Below, one piece after another: positions 34,962 to 46,000 of a stretch of 64,000 bases of DNA. The translations under genes and the position numbers were made by a program. The number at the start of each line of letters is the position of its first letter. Position 1 is the first letter of the stretch. The DNA is taken from contig JAUPSS010000003.1 of assembly GCA_040285825.1 (NCBI GenBank), positions 1,426,001-1,490,000 of the forward strand, in the 5' to 3' direction. The DNA comes from Eukaryota sp. TZLM1-RC. Its lineage: Eukaryota; Protista; Metamonada: BaSk clade. Below the pieces are notes generated by a model that was given only the letters and a program-made list of their open reading frames with translations, was not told the DNA's origin and ran no database searches.

Positions 34962-37232
34962 CTATTCATTAGAATTAACCACCATTAATCGCAAATGCTC
35001 ATAAAACTTTTGTAAAGATACATCATCAGAGAATACTGCAATTCCATCACTAGCAACATTCTTATACGAACTTGTTGGGTTGAGCTTATGCAAAAGGAAC
35101 CTGGCTTGCGATCCATGTTGATCACAAACAGTCAATCTCGGCACTGGAGTCCTATCGTTTATAATTTCATTGGCATCTTCTAAAGGTACCTTTAATAAAC
35201 TCGCAAGATTTTCGTACTCCTCCTTCAAATGGAAACCAGCCTCTCTCCAAGCCGCAATCATCTCACCATGGAACACCAAAACATGGAAGAAGGTGTCCAA
35301 AAGCAAGACTCTGTCAGGCTCAACAGATGTGGAGTCAAGTAGCACTGGAAAACCTTCAAGATTCTCAAGTGAATATGCCGTTAGGGTTGGTTGAATCATA
35401 ATTAGACAGTTGGTAACACTTTCCTTCTCAATCAAAAAGTGATGGAATGCTGTTTCATCTGGAGAAACATTAATTGGACGAACAAAAGAACTCCTACGCA
35501 AATGGAACAGAAACTGGGGGAAAAGGGTGAGGGTGGCTGGTAATTGGAAACTATCGGGATTGTCCTTCATAAATCTTCCAAAGTATTGACAACTCTTGAT
35601 AAGTAACTTATCAACCCAACGGTTGACATCTACAGACTCCTCTACTTGGGACTTCTCAGCTGCTAGTCTAGCAACAACAACAGCGAGAGATTCTTGGTCT
35701 AAACCAGAAGAAATCTCAGCAGGATCATTAGCATCTGTCCATCTGGTAGCGAATGTGGTCACCCTCAGCATGATTGCCCCAGATGGATGTTGGTAGGTGG
35801 TCTTAAACTGCATCAATCTATGCCCGGGGGTGTGAACAGAAGAGGTAGGACTTAAATCAAACACAAAAGCTACAGTAGAGCTGGTATCACACCCTCCAAG
35901 CAGAACATCAACTGTTGACTTACCAGTTTCCGTCTTCACCATTCCAGGGCCAATCACTTTGGTAACCATTGTGTCGTTGGTACACGTGAGGGTCAACATG
36001 ACGTTACCAGCTGTGGGAAGGGAAATGCCTTCAGGATCATCAAACTCTTTTGGATAACCATCAGCAGCTCGAGGAGAGAGCATACAGTATTCAGGACGAG
36101 TAAACAAGGCTGAAAAGGAAGTCTCAAATGTAGAGTTCTCAAAGGACTCGCCTAGAGTGACTGTACCTCCTGTCTGTTTGGGAAGGCCAATCATTTCTTT
36201 AAGTCCTGTCTGCCTAATAGAAAAGGCAAAAACATCAACAGAATGTCCACATTCCACATACTTGTTGGTTAAACCTTGATAGTACTTGATGGCCTTTTTG
36301 AAATGTTTCAATCCTTCATCTTTTTCAAAATGATGATGTGACCTCATCAATTCTTTCAATTGAAGACCAACGACTTTTCCAGGCCCTTCAGTACAAGGAC
36401 CTCCCGTGAACAACACCGTACGAGCTGGACAACCTTTATAGGAGAGTTCTAACAGCGATTGAGCTAGACCCACTGCTACTCCAGTGCATCTCTTGGGTCT
36501 TTCGTCAACAGGGACGGGCCATGAATCTTTGCATAAAGAGTCGAGAATTTCAGACAGAATGTAATCACAATTGGAGTTTGGTTGTAAAAACGCATTACCT
36601 TCAATACTTCGGCAATGTGCAGAACCAGCCAAGTCAAGCCATTGAGCTACTTTATCAGTGGAGACTTCCTTTGTTCCATTGAAGAAGTAGGCACGGGGAA
36701 CGTCGTTGGAGACTAGCTCCCATATTTGAGCAGAAGCACCGTACGTAATGAGTCCAATAAGGGCGTTTTCAGGAATTGATGCTAGGGCAGATTGAATGGC
36801 AGTCTTTATGGCGGTGAGTTCTTCTTCAGGGACAGTGGTGTCGACGACGAAGACATAGATTGGTGGGAGAGTGGCAGTGCCTCCGTGTTGAATGATGTAT
36901 TCAACGGTAGTGGCTGAAGGGGTTAGTTCCAGAGGGACAGAGCTCTCAGAAATGTCCTTGTAAGGGAGTGAGTTGCGGGACTCACCACAGAGACAACATT
37001 TCCAGAGTTTGGAGTGTACGTCTACTTGGACGAAAGGATTGAGACAGGAACCACAGTTACGGCAGGTTACTGGACGTCCAGCAATGGTTGGAAGATTTTC
37101 AATGGATTTGAGAGGGGTGTAGAGGGCAGCAAGTGGTAAAGAAGCTTTGGCTACCTCAATACGAGACGTTGGCCAAATATTGAAGGTGTAGCGGAGGCCA
37201 TTGTTGGCTTCGACGTCTGCAATTGAGGTCAT
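34962..37232 (-). CDS. SEC23: COPII coat subunit Sec23
   Basis: LYTPLK, CxxC zinc finger, GGPCTEGPG, FPQFLFHLRRS, LLLDTFF, DQHGSQARFLL, DDVSLQ. Confidence 0.97.
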   Translation of the reverse strand: MTSIADVEANNGLRYTFNIWPTSRIEVAKASLPLAALYTPLKSIENLPTIAGRPVTCRNCGSCLNPFVQVDVHSKLWKCCLCGESRNSLPYKDISESSVPLELTPSATTVEYIIQHGGTATLPPIYVFVVDTTVPEEELTAIKTAIQSALASIPENALIGLITYGASAQIWELVSNDVPRAYFFNGTKEVSTDKVAQWLDLAGSAHCRSIEGNAFLQPNSNCDYILSEILDSLCKDSWPVPVDERPKRCTGVAVGLAQSLLELSYKGCPARTVLFTGGPCTEGPGKVVGLQLKELMRSHHHFEKDEGLKHFKKAIKYYQGLTNKYVECGHSVDVFAFSIRQTGLKEMIGLPKQTGGTVTLGESFENSTFETSFSALFTRPEYCMLSPRAADGYPKEFDDPEGISLPTAGNVMLTLTCTNDTMVTKVIGPGMVKTETGKSTVDVLLGGCDTSSTVAFVFDLSPTSSVHTPGHRLMQFKTTYQHPSGAIMLRVTTFATRWTDANDPAEISSGLDQESLAVVVARLAAEKSQVEESVDVNRWVDKLLIKSCQYFGRFMKDNPDSFQLPATLTLFPQFLFHLRRSSFVRPINVSPDETAFHHFLIEKESVTNCLIMIQPTLTAYSLENLEGFPVLLDSTSVEPDRVLLLDTFFHVLVFHGEMIAAWREAGFHLKEEYENLASLLKVPLEDANEIINDRTPVPRLTVCDQHGSQARFLLHKLNPTSSYKNVASDGIAVFSDDVSLQKFYEHLRLMVVNSNE

Positions 37233-37282
37233 TGGAAAATGAAGTAAGACAATAAAATCTTAAAAAAGGTGTTAGCATCCGT

Positions 37283-38300
37283 TTTTTTAAATAATATTTA
37301 TTTATTAGATGACTTTTAAATCAACATCCAATTAATCCATCTCTTCCAAAACAAAACAACCAGATGCAACTCTCTCATAGTGCGATCCAAGAAAAAGCAA
37401 AGCATCAGAAACCATCTTCAACATCCCCGTAAAAATGTGAAATAAACTTCTATTTTGTTAAAACAATCTGTTGAAATTTCTGTTAGATCTTCTCTTTACA
37501 TTTATTTCAAAACAGTATAGCTGTGGGAGCAAGAAAACCAATAAAAGAAAATAATAATGGATACAAATTGTATTTTGCATGGTGTTGGCTGGCCAATTTG
37601 GACAAAGATTTATTGTATATTTTGATTTTGAAATTTTCAGCATTTGAAAGAGGCTTATGAATTTCAGAATTAACAAACCTTTCATATGAGGCATTACAAG
37701 GATCAACAGACAATAAATCCAATAAAATGTTCCATCTAATCCAGGTAATGTGACATCACCTCTATTATTCATATGAAAATCATCTTCTGCATCAAACAGA
37801 TTTGACAACAGAGGTTCCAAGAAGGATTCAATTCTATGAGACTTACATACGATATCATTGGTCTCTTACAGCATTTTGAACCTTGCTTCTAAAAGTAATC
37901 AAATGTTTACAATTTAACAAATGAGTAGTTGTAATTTCTCGAGAACATTTACAAATTCAATTATGAGGTAAATTATCAGTCCAGATAAACAAACGAAAAA
38001 TCATATTCAAAGTCCAAACAGAATCAGTTAAGAGAGTACCATAAAATTGAGGACTTGTTGTTACTAAGGCAGAAGAAGTACTGTCACATATATTTTGTAA
38101 AAGATTTGCAAAAGCGGGATTCTTTTTCTTGGCCAAGCCAAGTCTAACATCAAAATCCAAGCTTGCAAAAATCTTTGACAATATTTGTTGAAGCTTTTCA
38201 CAGCAAAACTGCAAATCAAAAAAAATCGGTTTGGAATTTCTTGAATTGATTGGGGAAAACATTTGGTCCAAAGTTGTGGTGAAGAGCATATTAATTGTCA
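37283..38300 (-). mobile_element. Degenerate RLE non-LTR retrotransposon, family D
   Basis: VRLGLAKKKNPAFAN, CKC...HLLNC, EPLLSNL...NNRGDV; 3' end about 50 nt upstream of the SEC23 ATG. Confidence 0.8.
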
Positions 38301-38498
38301 TAACAAAGCATTATGTCATATTTTGAGCACATTGCGTGATAAATGAACAGTTTTGCAGAAACATGACACAACTAAATCATGTTTCACCCTTGGAAGGCAA
38401 TAAAAAGCGCCAAGAACGGTTTAATTCATCTACATAATTAGAGAAAAACAAATAATTAAAACAAATTTATTTATGAGATTGAAATACCATAGTTTAGT

Positions 38499-41400
38499 CT
38501 ACTCAAACGTGAAATTTTGAAGCAAATTGCCTACATATTTTGAAACAGACATCAATCCCTCCAACACAACAGTTCTTGCTTCAGGAACTTCATCTACTAT
38601 GGTTCTTTGACAATCTTTGAATGTTTCATCAGAAACCAGTACCAAATCACCAGGTCGCTGTGCCAGTTGAGAGAAGGTAGGTTCGATTGGCGAGTCCCGA
38701 ACACCAGTAAATAAACTACGCCGTCCAAAAACCCACAGTCCAAGCTTGGCTCGAGAAAAAGCAACCACTAGTCTCCTAACATCTGCTAAATGACCTATTG
38801 ACTTTGATCGCACTAAAGAGAGCAAGACATAATCGTTATCCCTGCCTTGGAACGCATCAACCGTAGAGATATGGGCGGGTCGCTTAAAAAATGGATGCTT
38901 ACATCTAACCTTGAATACTTCCTCGAGCAAATCTTTTTGTCCAACATAAGTCGTCAATATAGAAATTTTTGAATTTGGGTACCCTATAAGTCTCATGTAC
39001 ATATAAGTAAGGATCACGAGCTCAGCCTCGCCCAAATTTTGGAAATAATGGGGAACAGGTTCGTGCTCGCCTTTCCCATTGTAATCATCGACATTAATCA
39101 ACTGGTAATCAAACCCGAAACCAGGACAAGCTCTACAAAATTCTTTGGAAGTCTTAACGTGACAAAAATCATAAAGACTGGGATATTTCCACTTAAAAAG
39201 ACTAGATAATGAGGGCCTACATCTTCCTTGATAGTCCAAGGTGATGGAAGGAACACCGAGCGAGATAAATCGACCAAACAGAGATTGATCGGCACCAGCT
39301 AAATGAGAAAGGACATTGGACTTGATAATAGGAGGAAGTTGATTATGATCTCCAATCAATAGAACTCTAGAGACTTCTTTAGAGTTGATTAACAGGGGTA
39401 AGAATGCTTCAAGTTCAACACATTGAGCAGACTCCTCCATAATAAAAGAATCAAAATAGAAACCAGACTCTAAAAACTTTGGTAACCGTAATCCTGCATG
39501 GGTAGCAGTCATGGCGACAAGATTTGCGTAATCCGAAACAAGATAATCACCTCTACTATGTGGGGAAGTGAAGATTTCAAAGGGATGTAGGTCTGTTACT
39601 TCCTCTTGTATAGTGTCGAGTAGTTCCTTGCACTTTTGAACGATTAAAAGATCTTCTTCTGCCGTTTCAGCGGTGTAATTCGAGACAGGAAAGAATTTGA
39701 TCCCAAACAGTTCAAAAACTTCACTGAATAACAAAGAATTTCTGAAATAATCATAACAACAAGAATTCACAGCACGCCTTCCTTCCAAGACGAATTCATT
39801 CCATTTATTAAATAGTTTCGAAAACAAGAACAAGCAATTTTCACAGGAACTTGCATTAGAAATACCAACAGCATCTGCCATTTTATTAAACAAACCAAGC
39901 AAGTAATTTCTCTTGGCGATGACAGAATCCACACGACCTTCTCTTGAAAAATCTTGACCAGCTGACATTTGAGCTTCTCCGTGACCAAGACGGACCAGTC
40001 TCGAGGAGTCTACACCACGGTCAACGATTTTCTCAAATAATTGGTTCAAAGCATCATTTGAGTGTGTGATCAGTAGAATTCTAGACCTATTCTTTTTTGT
40101 ATTAGAATTTAAAAGACACGAGACAACTTGACTGGCAACATCTGTCTTTCCAGTACCAGGGGGTCCTACCACCATGGTAAGACCGGGGGAGAGGGCCGAC
40201 ATGATGGCCTTGAACTGTTTATCAGTATAGGGAAACGGTGACGTGACCTGTGACGTGTATGAGGTCAAAAATCGAGGAATATCAGTGACTGAATTAATTG
40301 TTAGTTCATTAATTTCTCCATTACTTGACCACGAAACAGTCACGTTGAGGTACTTGTCTCGAGTGAAAACAAGATTAGGGTAAACTTGGAGGTTTCCAAT
40401 CAAATCTTGATGACTTTCAAAGACTTCAGCAGTGGTCACAATTGATGACGTATTTGATTGGTCAAGATTAGATGGTAGACAAGATTCTGGGGAGCCAAAA
40501 CCAATCAAAATTGATTGAAACCAGTCAGGAATACTCGAGAATTTTCGATTGATCACATGTTTGACAGAGTTAAGAATCGAAGCATAGTTGTTTTCACGGG
40601 AAGAGCGTCTAAAGACAAAATTAAATTCGGAAATTTTGGAAAGGGGATCACCAGAGCTCAATGAAACATCATCGATCAAAGACTTGTCAAGACTGGCGGT
40701 GATTTTGACCTGATTGTCATCAATATTGACCGAAACCACCTCCACTCCAACTACAAATTCTATTCCCCATTTACTTGGGAAGAAGTCACTTGACTTCTCT
40801 TGACTACTACCTGAAATAGACAAGAGATAAATAGTGTCATATCTAGATATAGACTTCCATTCTTGCAAGACATCACCAGAGTACTGGGAAATTGGGAAAT
40901 TAATAGAGATAAATACACTATCATGATGAATTCCGTCTATTAAACATTGATCTTTAAATAGTGGTGTAATAAAGTTACTCTTCTGAGTATCAATCAGATT
41001 TGATTGATTGACAGTAGGTCTTAACTGTCGAACCGCCTTTTCCAAGTCTTCTCTCAGCGACGTTATTCCTTCCCAGTTATAGACAGTGCATCTTCTAATC
41101 AAATAATCGCAAAAACCTAAAGATTGTGACGTGATCTTATTGACAGGTAACACCTTTAGCTTTGGCAGAACTTCTGGACCTGGTGGTGGAGCATGCAACA
41201 GATCCCAGATAGAATGGTGGTTAGGATATGGGCAGGGGAAGAAAGAAGAGATGGGAAGGAAAGGTGAAAGGTAAAAGAGAATGTGATGGGTTAAAGGAAG
41301 GTCAAAAATAGGTTGAATTCCATTGACTTTACAAAAAAGTCTGAGAAAGTCTTCTGGAAATGATTGCAAATTTTTGAGACCAGAAGACTTGGTTAAAAGC

Positions 41401-42170
41401 AAATATGCTGGAATTTGCGATAATTTCTTAATTAAATGAGTAAACTCGGAATTATTAAATTCTTCACAAATAAAAAGTTTGGAAATACACGAATTAATTA
41501 AGTTTAATGATTCTGTTTGGGCAAAGTAATTGTTAAATTCATCTCCGCTGATGTCATCAAATCCCCATTTGATCACAATCAAAAATGACTGGACAACCCT
41601 CAACACTAAAACCAAAGAATTGTTATTTTCAAGGTCTGGAATTAAATAGTCCAAATAAGAACAAATGCCACTGGAAAGTAGAAAGGGTCGTACAAATCTT
41701 CTGGTGATTGGGATAAGTAACAAAAGTCTTAGAAAGTCAAGGGCTGATAACGTGTAATTGATTGCTGATTTAGACCCATTTCCTCCTATTAATGATACTA
41801 TTAACTGACCTAGATCATTGCAAATGGAAGGAACAATCTTGGTTCCATAGATAAGTAATTGGTGTTTAGATTCCAAGGACAAGATGTCTTGATCGCGTCT
41901 GCGTGCAATGGACTTTGCTATTGATCTATATCTGCGTTGAGTTGCAGCATGAGTACTCGATAGATATGAATTAAGCAAGGGTTCCTGAAGAACTGTCCAC
42001 AGAGGAAAAGAGCAAAGGGATATCACAGCTGTCCTGATTTCTGGATCATGAAGAGAAGAAAAATGATTACACAGTGTAGAAAGATGCTGAGCTTTAGAAG
42101 TCCATGTTGATGTGGAAGATGTGAGTACCTTGCATGAAGAAAGTAGCTTGATTGTGATGTCAGTCATCAT
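38499..42170 (-). CDS. AQR: Intron-binding RNA helicase Aquarius (SF1)
   Basis: RENNYASIL, GLTMVVGPPGTGKTDVA, THSNDALNQLFEKI, MEESAQ, GDHNQLPP, FQNLGEAE, YMYMRLIGYP. Start at 42170 or 42167. Confidence 0.95.
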   Translation of the reverse strand: MMTDITIKLLSSCKVLTSSTSTWTSKAQHLSTLCNHFSSLHDPEIRTAVISLCSFPLWTVLQEPLLNSYLSSTHAATQRRYRSIAKSIARRRDQDILSLESKHQLLIYGTKIVPSICNDLGQLIVSLIGGNGSKSAINYTLSALDFLRLLLLIPITRRFVRPFLLSSGICSYLDYLIPDLENNNSLVLVLRVVQSFLIVIKWGFDDISGDEFNNYFAQTESLNLINSCISKLFICEEFNNSEFTHLIKKLSQIPAYLLLTKSSGLKNLQSFPEDFLRLFCKVNGIQPIFDLPLTHHILFYLSPFLPISSFFPCPYPNHHSIWDLLHAPPPGPEVLPKLKVLPVNKITSQSLGFCDYLIRRCTVYNWEGITSLREDLEKAVRQLRPTVNQSNLIDTQKSNFITPLFKDQCLIDGIHHDSVFISINFPISQYSGDVLQEWKSISRYDTIYLLSISGSSQEKSSDFFPSKWGIEFVVGVEVVSVNIDDNQVKITASLDKSLIDDVSLSSGDPLSKISEFNFVFRRSSRENNYASILNSVKHVINRKFSSIPDWFQSILIGFGSPESCLPSNLDQSNTSSIVTTAEVFESHQDLIGNLQVYPNLVFTRDKYLNVTVSWSSNGEINELTINSVTDIPRFLTSYTSQVTSPFPYTDKQFKAIMSALSPGLTMVVGPPGTGKTDVASQVVSCLLNSNTKKNRSRILLITHSNDALNQLFEKIVDRGVDSSRLVRLGHGEAQMSAGQDFSREGRVDSVIAKRNYLLGLFNKMADAVGISNASSCENCLFLFSKLFNKWNEFVLEGRRAVNSCCYDYFRNSLLFSEVFELFGIKFFPVSNYTAETAEEDLLIVQKCKELLDTIQEEVTDLHPFEIFTSPHSRGDYLVSDYANLVAMTATHAGLRLPKFLESGFYFDSFIMEESAQCVELEAFLPLLINSKEVSRVLLIGDHNQLPPIIKSNVLSHLAGADQSLFGRFISLGVPSITLDYQGRCRPSLSSLFKWKYPSLYDFCHVKTSKEFCRACPGFGFDYQLINVDDYNGKGEHEPVPHYFQNLGEAELVILTYMYMRLIGYPNSKISILTTYVGQKDLLEEVFKVRCKHPFFKRPAHISTVDAFQGRDNDYVLLSLVRSKSIGHLADVRRLVVAFSRAKLGLWVFGRRSLFTGVRDSPIEPTFSQLAQRPGDLVLVSDETFKDCQRTIVDEVPEARTVVLEGLMSVSKYVGNLLQNFTFE

Positions 42171-42310
42171 ATCATATATTGTCTATAACAATGAAATAAG
42201 TGTCCTTTTTACACCAATGTAGAGGGTTTGAGTTTTTGAGTTTTTGAGAAGTGGAAGATTTTCTCCTTGATACCTTTTTCTTTCAACCTTCATCAACCGT
42301 GGCTCTCTGT
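42168..42310 (-). ncRNA. Candidate Fanzor omegaRNA scaffold (copy B1)
   Basis: Conserved non-coding tail after the Fanzor stop, shared with 47144-47290 and 63706-63800, with short hairpins. Its position matches TnpB/Fanzor omegaRNA. Expression is not shown. Confidence 0.5.
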
Positions 42311-43300
42311 AGGTATACTGGTCTATCTCTACCCTTTACATGTGCTTCCATCACTGTCAACATATTCAGCGAAGCATTTCGATCTCTATTCCCCAAACTT
42401 TTGCATGATTTACTCATGGTAAGCCCGTGACGAAAAGACATCTCATACCTGTTTCATGGTCTAGGTTTTCTGCACCATCGGAATGTTTCAACTGTTTTCT
42501 CCGCTTTCTTGCAGTTGAAACAACAGCAACTGGTTCGAAACTCATCAATTAAAGAGACCTTATAACCAGCCTTTTTAAATAGAATTCTCAAACCTTTTCC
42601 TTTGGTAGGTTCTTTGAATTTCATGTGTTTTCGTTGTTCCCAGTCTCCAATTCCAATAACTACTTGGCTGATCGCTTGTTTCTGATTTGAAGCTTTGAAT
42701 CCGTTTGTGCCTCAGACTTTGTGCCATTTGTCTCACCCCATTGTCTCAGTTTTCTGAATATTTCTAGATGATAAATTTCACTAATGATGTCATTTATATA
42801 ATTGTTTTCCTGACTATACTGCATAACTCTCTCAAATCTGCATCTTTTGGGGTTGAACTGGGATAAATTTGCTTCCCATTCTGCAAAAGATTTAGTATTT
42901 TGTTCACTGTTACTCAAATTTTATGAGTAATCAATTTCATGGGGAATATTGATTTCTTGAGGTACTTCACATCTTAATAAACTAATTGTTCGTTCAGTCA
43001 TTTGATTAATTATACTGCTGCTTAAAGCCATCCTTTGCTGTTGCTCTTCAGATGTTTCAAAATTGGATAGATCAATCACTCTACCAGTAGGGTTACTTAT
43101 TGTGATAAGAGTGTCATTCCGTATGCTGTCTCTTATTCTGTTGAATTTGGAACTTTTCGACTCAAATCTTCGTTGATTTTGAATCTACCTGAAATTAACA
43201 TATTATCTGTCTTTGATGTTTTTTGAATGTTTCATTCCAGTAACCAAATTGGCGGAAAAATAGAGTAGATCAGATTTACCTGGATCAGCAGCAGCAAGAG
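42168..43300 (-). mobile_element. Fanzor element copy B1 (RuvC half plus 3' end), pseudogenised, abutting the AQR start codon
   Basis: AADPGKSDLLY (RuvC-I ~43260-43295), IFRKLRQW, IGIGDWEQRKHMKFKEPTKGKG, LIDEFRTSCCCFNC (RuvC-II plus Zn), HGL, NRDRNASLN (RuvC-III), RPVYLQR; stop 42283-42285, then a ~115-nt conserved tail. Confidence 0.9.
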
Positions 43301-43710
43301 TCATTGCTTGTCATTGTTACAACGAACCGGTAGAAATAGCCAAAATATTGCTCCTATTTCAAAATTCATAATAACCTCATCAATTGTGTTGCATCAGACA
43401 CTATTCGTTTTAATGTCTGTTTTGAAAAAGACGCTACGTATGTCAAAAGACGCTTCAGATGCTGATTTTCAGTAAGTGTTTCCCCTCACTTTCTCAAACA
43501 ATTTCTCTTCTCCTGTTAATACCTTTTCGCATAAATCTTAACTTAATCAACATCTTGATGCACATAGACTGGTCAAAATATTACCAGGTTGTTTTGCCTG
43601 ACACTGAGGACTTCATTGTGGTTTTTGATGGATAGAGTAGAAGATGTAGAAAGGTCTGAACAAGGATTGAAGACAACTGAATTGAAGACACTTGGAATGT
43701 TAGTCAACAT

Positions 43711-44317
43711 CAATGTTAGAATTCCGAACTTTCGCAACCCTTCCAAACGTTCGGCCGAACTAGTTTTTGTTCATTTACACGTGTCAACACAGTTTTGTTT
43801 AAAGATGTTTTCCCAAATCCCTCTTTCAACTACTACAATAGATTTCATTGTTTAAAAATCTGTATTCATACATAAATCCCCTTCTTTACATCAATTTTCT
43901 TCAATGCCAAGGCACCCTGTTTACAAACTTCTGGACAACGTTAATTACGATAAAGTGTCCAAATATATTACTTCACAGTGCTGCTACTGCTGCAGTAAAA
44001 TGCTAAAAGGTTCAGCCCGTCGCTTTTCCTCCCATTTCATTAAGAAGTATAGAGCTGAATATGCCTTATGTACTCAATTATCCACCATTTATGTCAAGGA
44101 TATAAACACTGTCCTAGGTTAATGACCTAGATTTAGATGTTGTAGAACTTTCTGAATAAAAGTTTACTTTGTTGGTTGATAGTGAGTATAATAGTATAGG
44201 GAAGGAGAAGATAAACAGCGTTTTGATATTAATGAATCAAAACGAGATGCCGAACTAACCGAACGTAGCAGTAGGTGCCGAACGTACGGCCGAACTAGTT
44301 CAGTAATTCTAACATTG
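43711..44317 (+). mobile_element. Non-autonomous hAT-like DNA transposon (607 bp)
   Basis: 13-bp perfect TIR CAATGTTAGAATT, 8-bp TSD GTCAACAT (43703-43710 and 44318-44325), subterminal repeat aacgtWcggccgaactagtt, BED-finger-like ORF remnant 43904-44122. Confidence 0.85.
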
Positions 44318-44927
44318 GTCAACATGGCTCCCTTGCAGAGATGGATTTTGACCAATTTCTTATTAATGTAGTCTGATAGTGATTGTTTTTAAACACGATT
44401 TTTCTCCATAGCTCAGATTAATCATTAGTCTGTTGCAATTATCATGGCAGTGTGGGTTGATAACAAGTTTTATAATGGAAAATAAATAGTTCCTACAGCT
44501 GCGTTTTATAAAGTGTTTTGGAAGAACTAGTGAGACACAAAAGCGTCTGAAGCAAGTCTGAAGACGTCCACGCTGCGTCTGTGTAACACTCCTTATTTCA
44601 TTGTTTGTTTGGTTTGGTTTGGTTTTGCAAAAGAGAGGAGCCTAACCATTCACACCCCTCATCAGGTGTCAGAAGGCAATAAATGGGAATATATTTCCGG
44701 TTTCAAAATGCCAAGAAATAAATAAAAATAAAATTTGATTTTATTTTTATTTTTATTTCCATTCAGGAAACAATATTTTATTTAAAAAACTAAAGATCAA
44801 AAATAGAGTAGTCGACAACACAATCATCCTGATCATCTTTTTCCTGGCGAAAAGCGACCTGAAAACGATAAGAAAATGAAAATTTTATTTATTCCTTCCG
44901 ATACCTGTCCCTAACATATCTTTCTCA

Positions 44928-45977
44928 ATGTCACAATGCAGAGCCCCTCCTAATATAGCTCTCATCAAATATTGGGGCAAGTCTGATGACTTGATAAATG
45001 CACCTCACAATGACTCTCTTTCACTTACTCTTGATACTAATGTTCTTTGTTCAACATGTATGGTGCAACCATCTTCCACTGATGAAGACCTTTTTTATCT
45101 CAACGACCAACCATCTCCTATTTCATCTCGATTAAGTCGCCAATTATTACACATCCGCCAAAAAACCGGTAATTCTCAGTCTTTACTGATTAAATCAAGT
45201 AATAACTTTCCTACTGCTGCAGGTCTTGCTTCTTCTGCATCTGGATACGCTGCTATGGCTGGAGCTTTGACCCACTTTCTCTGTCCCTCCCTTGATCCAG
45301 ATCACTGTAGTATTCTGGCAAGATTAGGTTCAGGTTCAGCAAGTAGGTCCATCCACGGAGGACTTGTCCGTTGGTCGTCATCTCATCCTTTCTCTGCTCT
45401 TCAAGTACTTCCTGCCGAACAACTTGAGTCTCTTAGGGTGTTGGTATTAGTGTTTTCCGGTGAGGAAAAGGAAATCGGTAGTTCACAGGGAATGAAGATT
45501 ACGGCTGAAACATGTGCAAGTTTCAAAACAAGAAAGGAAAGAGCTCATAATAGATTGGAGAAAATGATTGATTCTTTCAAAAGTCAAAATTGGGCAAGTG
45601 TTTTTGAACTAACTATGAATGATTCTGATGATTTACATCAAATGTGCAGGGATTCAACGCCGTCAATCAATTACCTAAGCTCATCTTCAATTAAATTAAT
45701 TAATTCAGTTCAAAGAATTAATTCACTGTTTAATACCATTTGTGGCTATACTTTTGATGCTGGGCCAAATGGTTTTGTTATATTTCACAAGGAAAATATT
45801 AATGTAGTAGTTGATGAAATTTCAAAGGATTTTCCTGATTTAAATTCTTATTACCATTTAATCAATGACTATGAGGCTAAGAGTTCTGTTACTGAGACAG
45901 AGCACACTGAAATTATAAATGTTTATTACAGCAGTATTGGAGATGGATTGACATGTAATCACTACCAGACTAAGTAA
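44928..45977 (+). CDS. MVD: Diphosphomevalonate decarboxylase
   Basis: NIALIKYWGK, NNFPTAAGLASSASG, ARLGSGSASRS, YTFDAGPN. Confidence 0.97.
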   Translation: MSQCRAPPNIALIKYWGKSDDLINAPHNDSLSLTLDTNVLCSTCMVQPSSTDEDLFYLNDQPSPISSRLSRQLLHIRQKTGNSQSLLIKSSNNFPTAAGLASSASGYAAMAGALTHFLCPSLDPDHCSILARLGSGSASRSIHGGLVRWSSSHPFSALQVLPAEQLESLRVLVLVFSGEEKEIGSSQGMKITAETCASFKTRKERAHNRLEKMIDSFKSQNWASVFELTMNDSDDLHQMCRDSTPSINYLSSSSIKLINSVQRINSLFNTICGYTFDAGPNGFVIFHKENINVVVDEISKDFPDLNSYYHLINDYEAKSSVTETEHTEIINVYYSSIGDGLTCNHYQTK

Positions 45978-46000
45978 AATTGGTAAATTACTATCTTTAT

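Noticed and set aside
44714-44759. AT-rich palindrome upstream of MVD
   Set aside because: Low-complexity A/T runs that are expected by chance at this composition.
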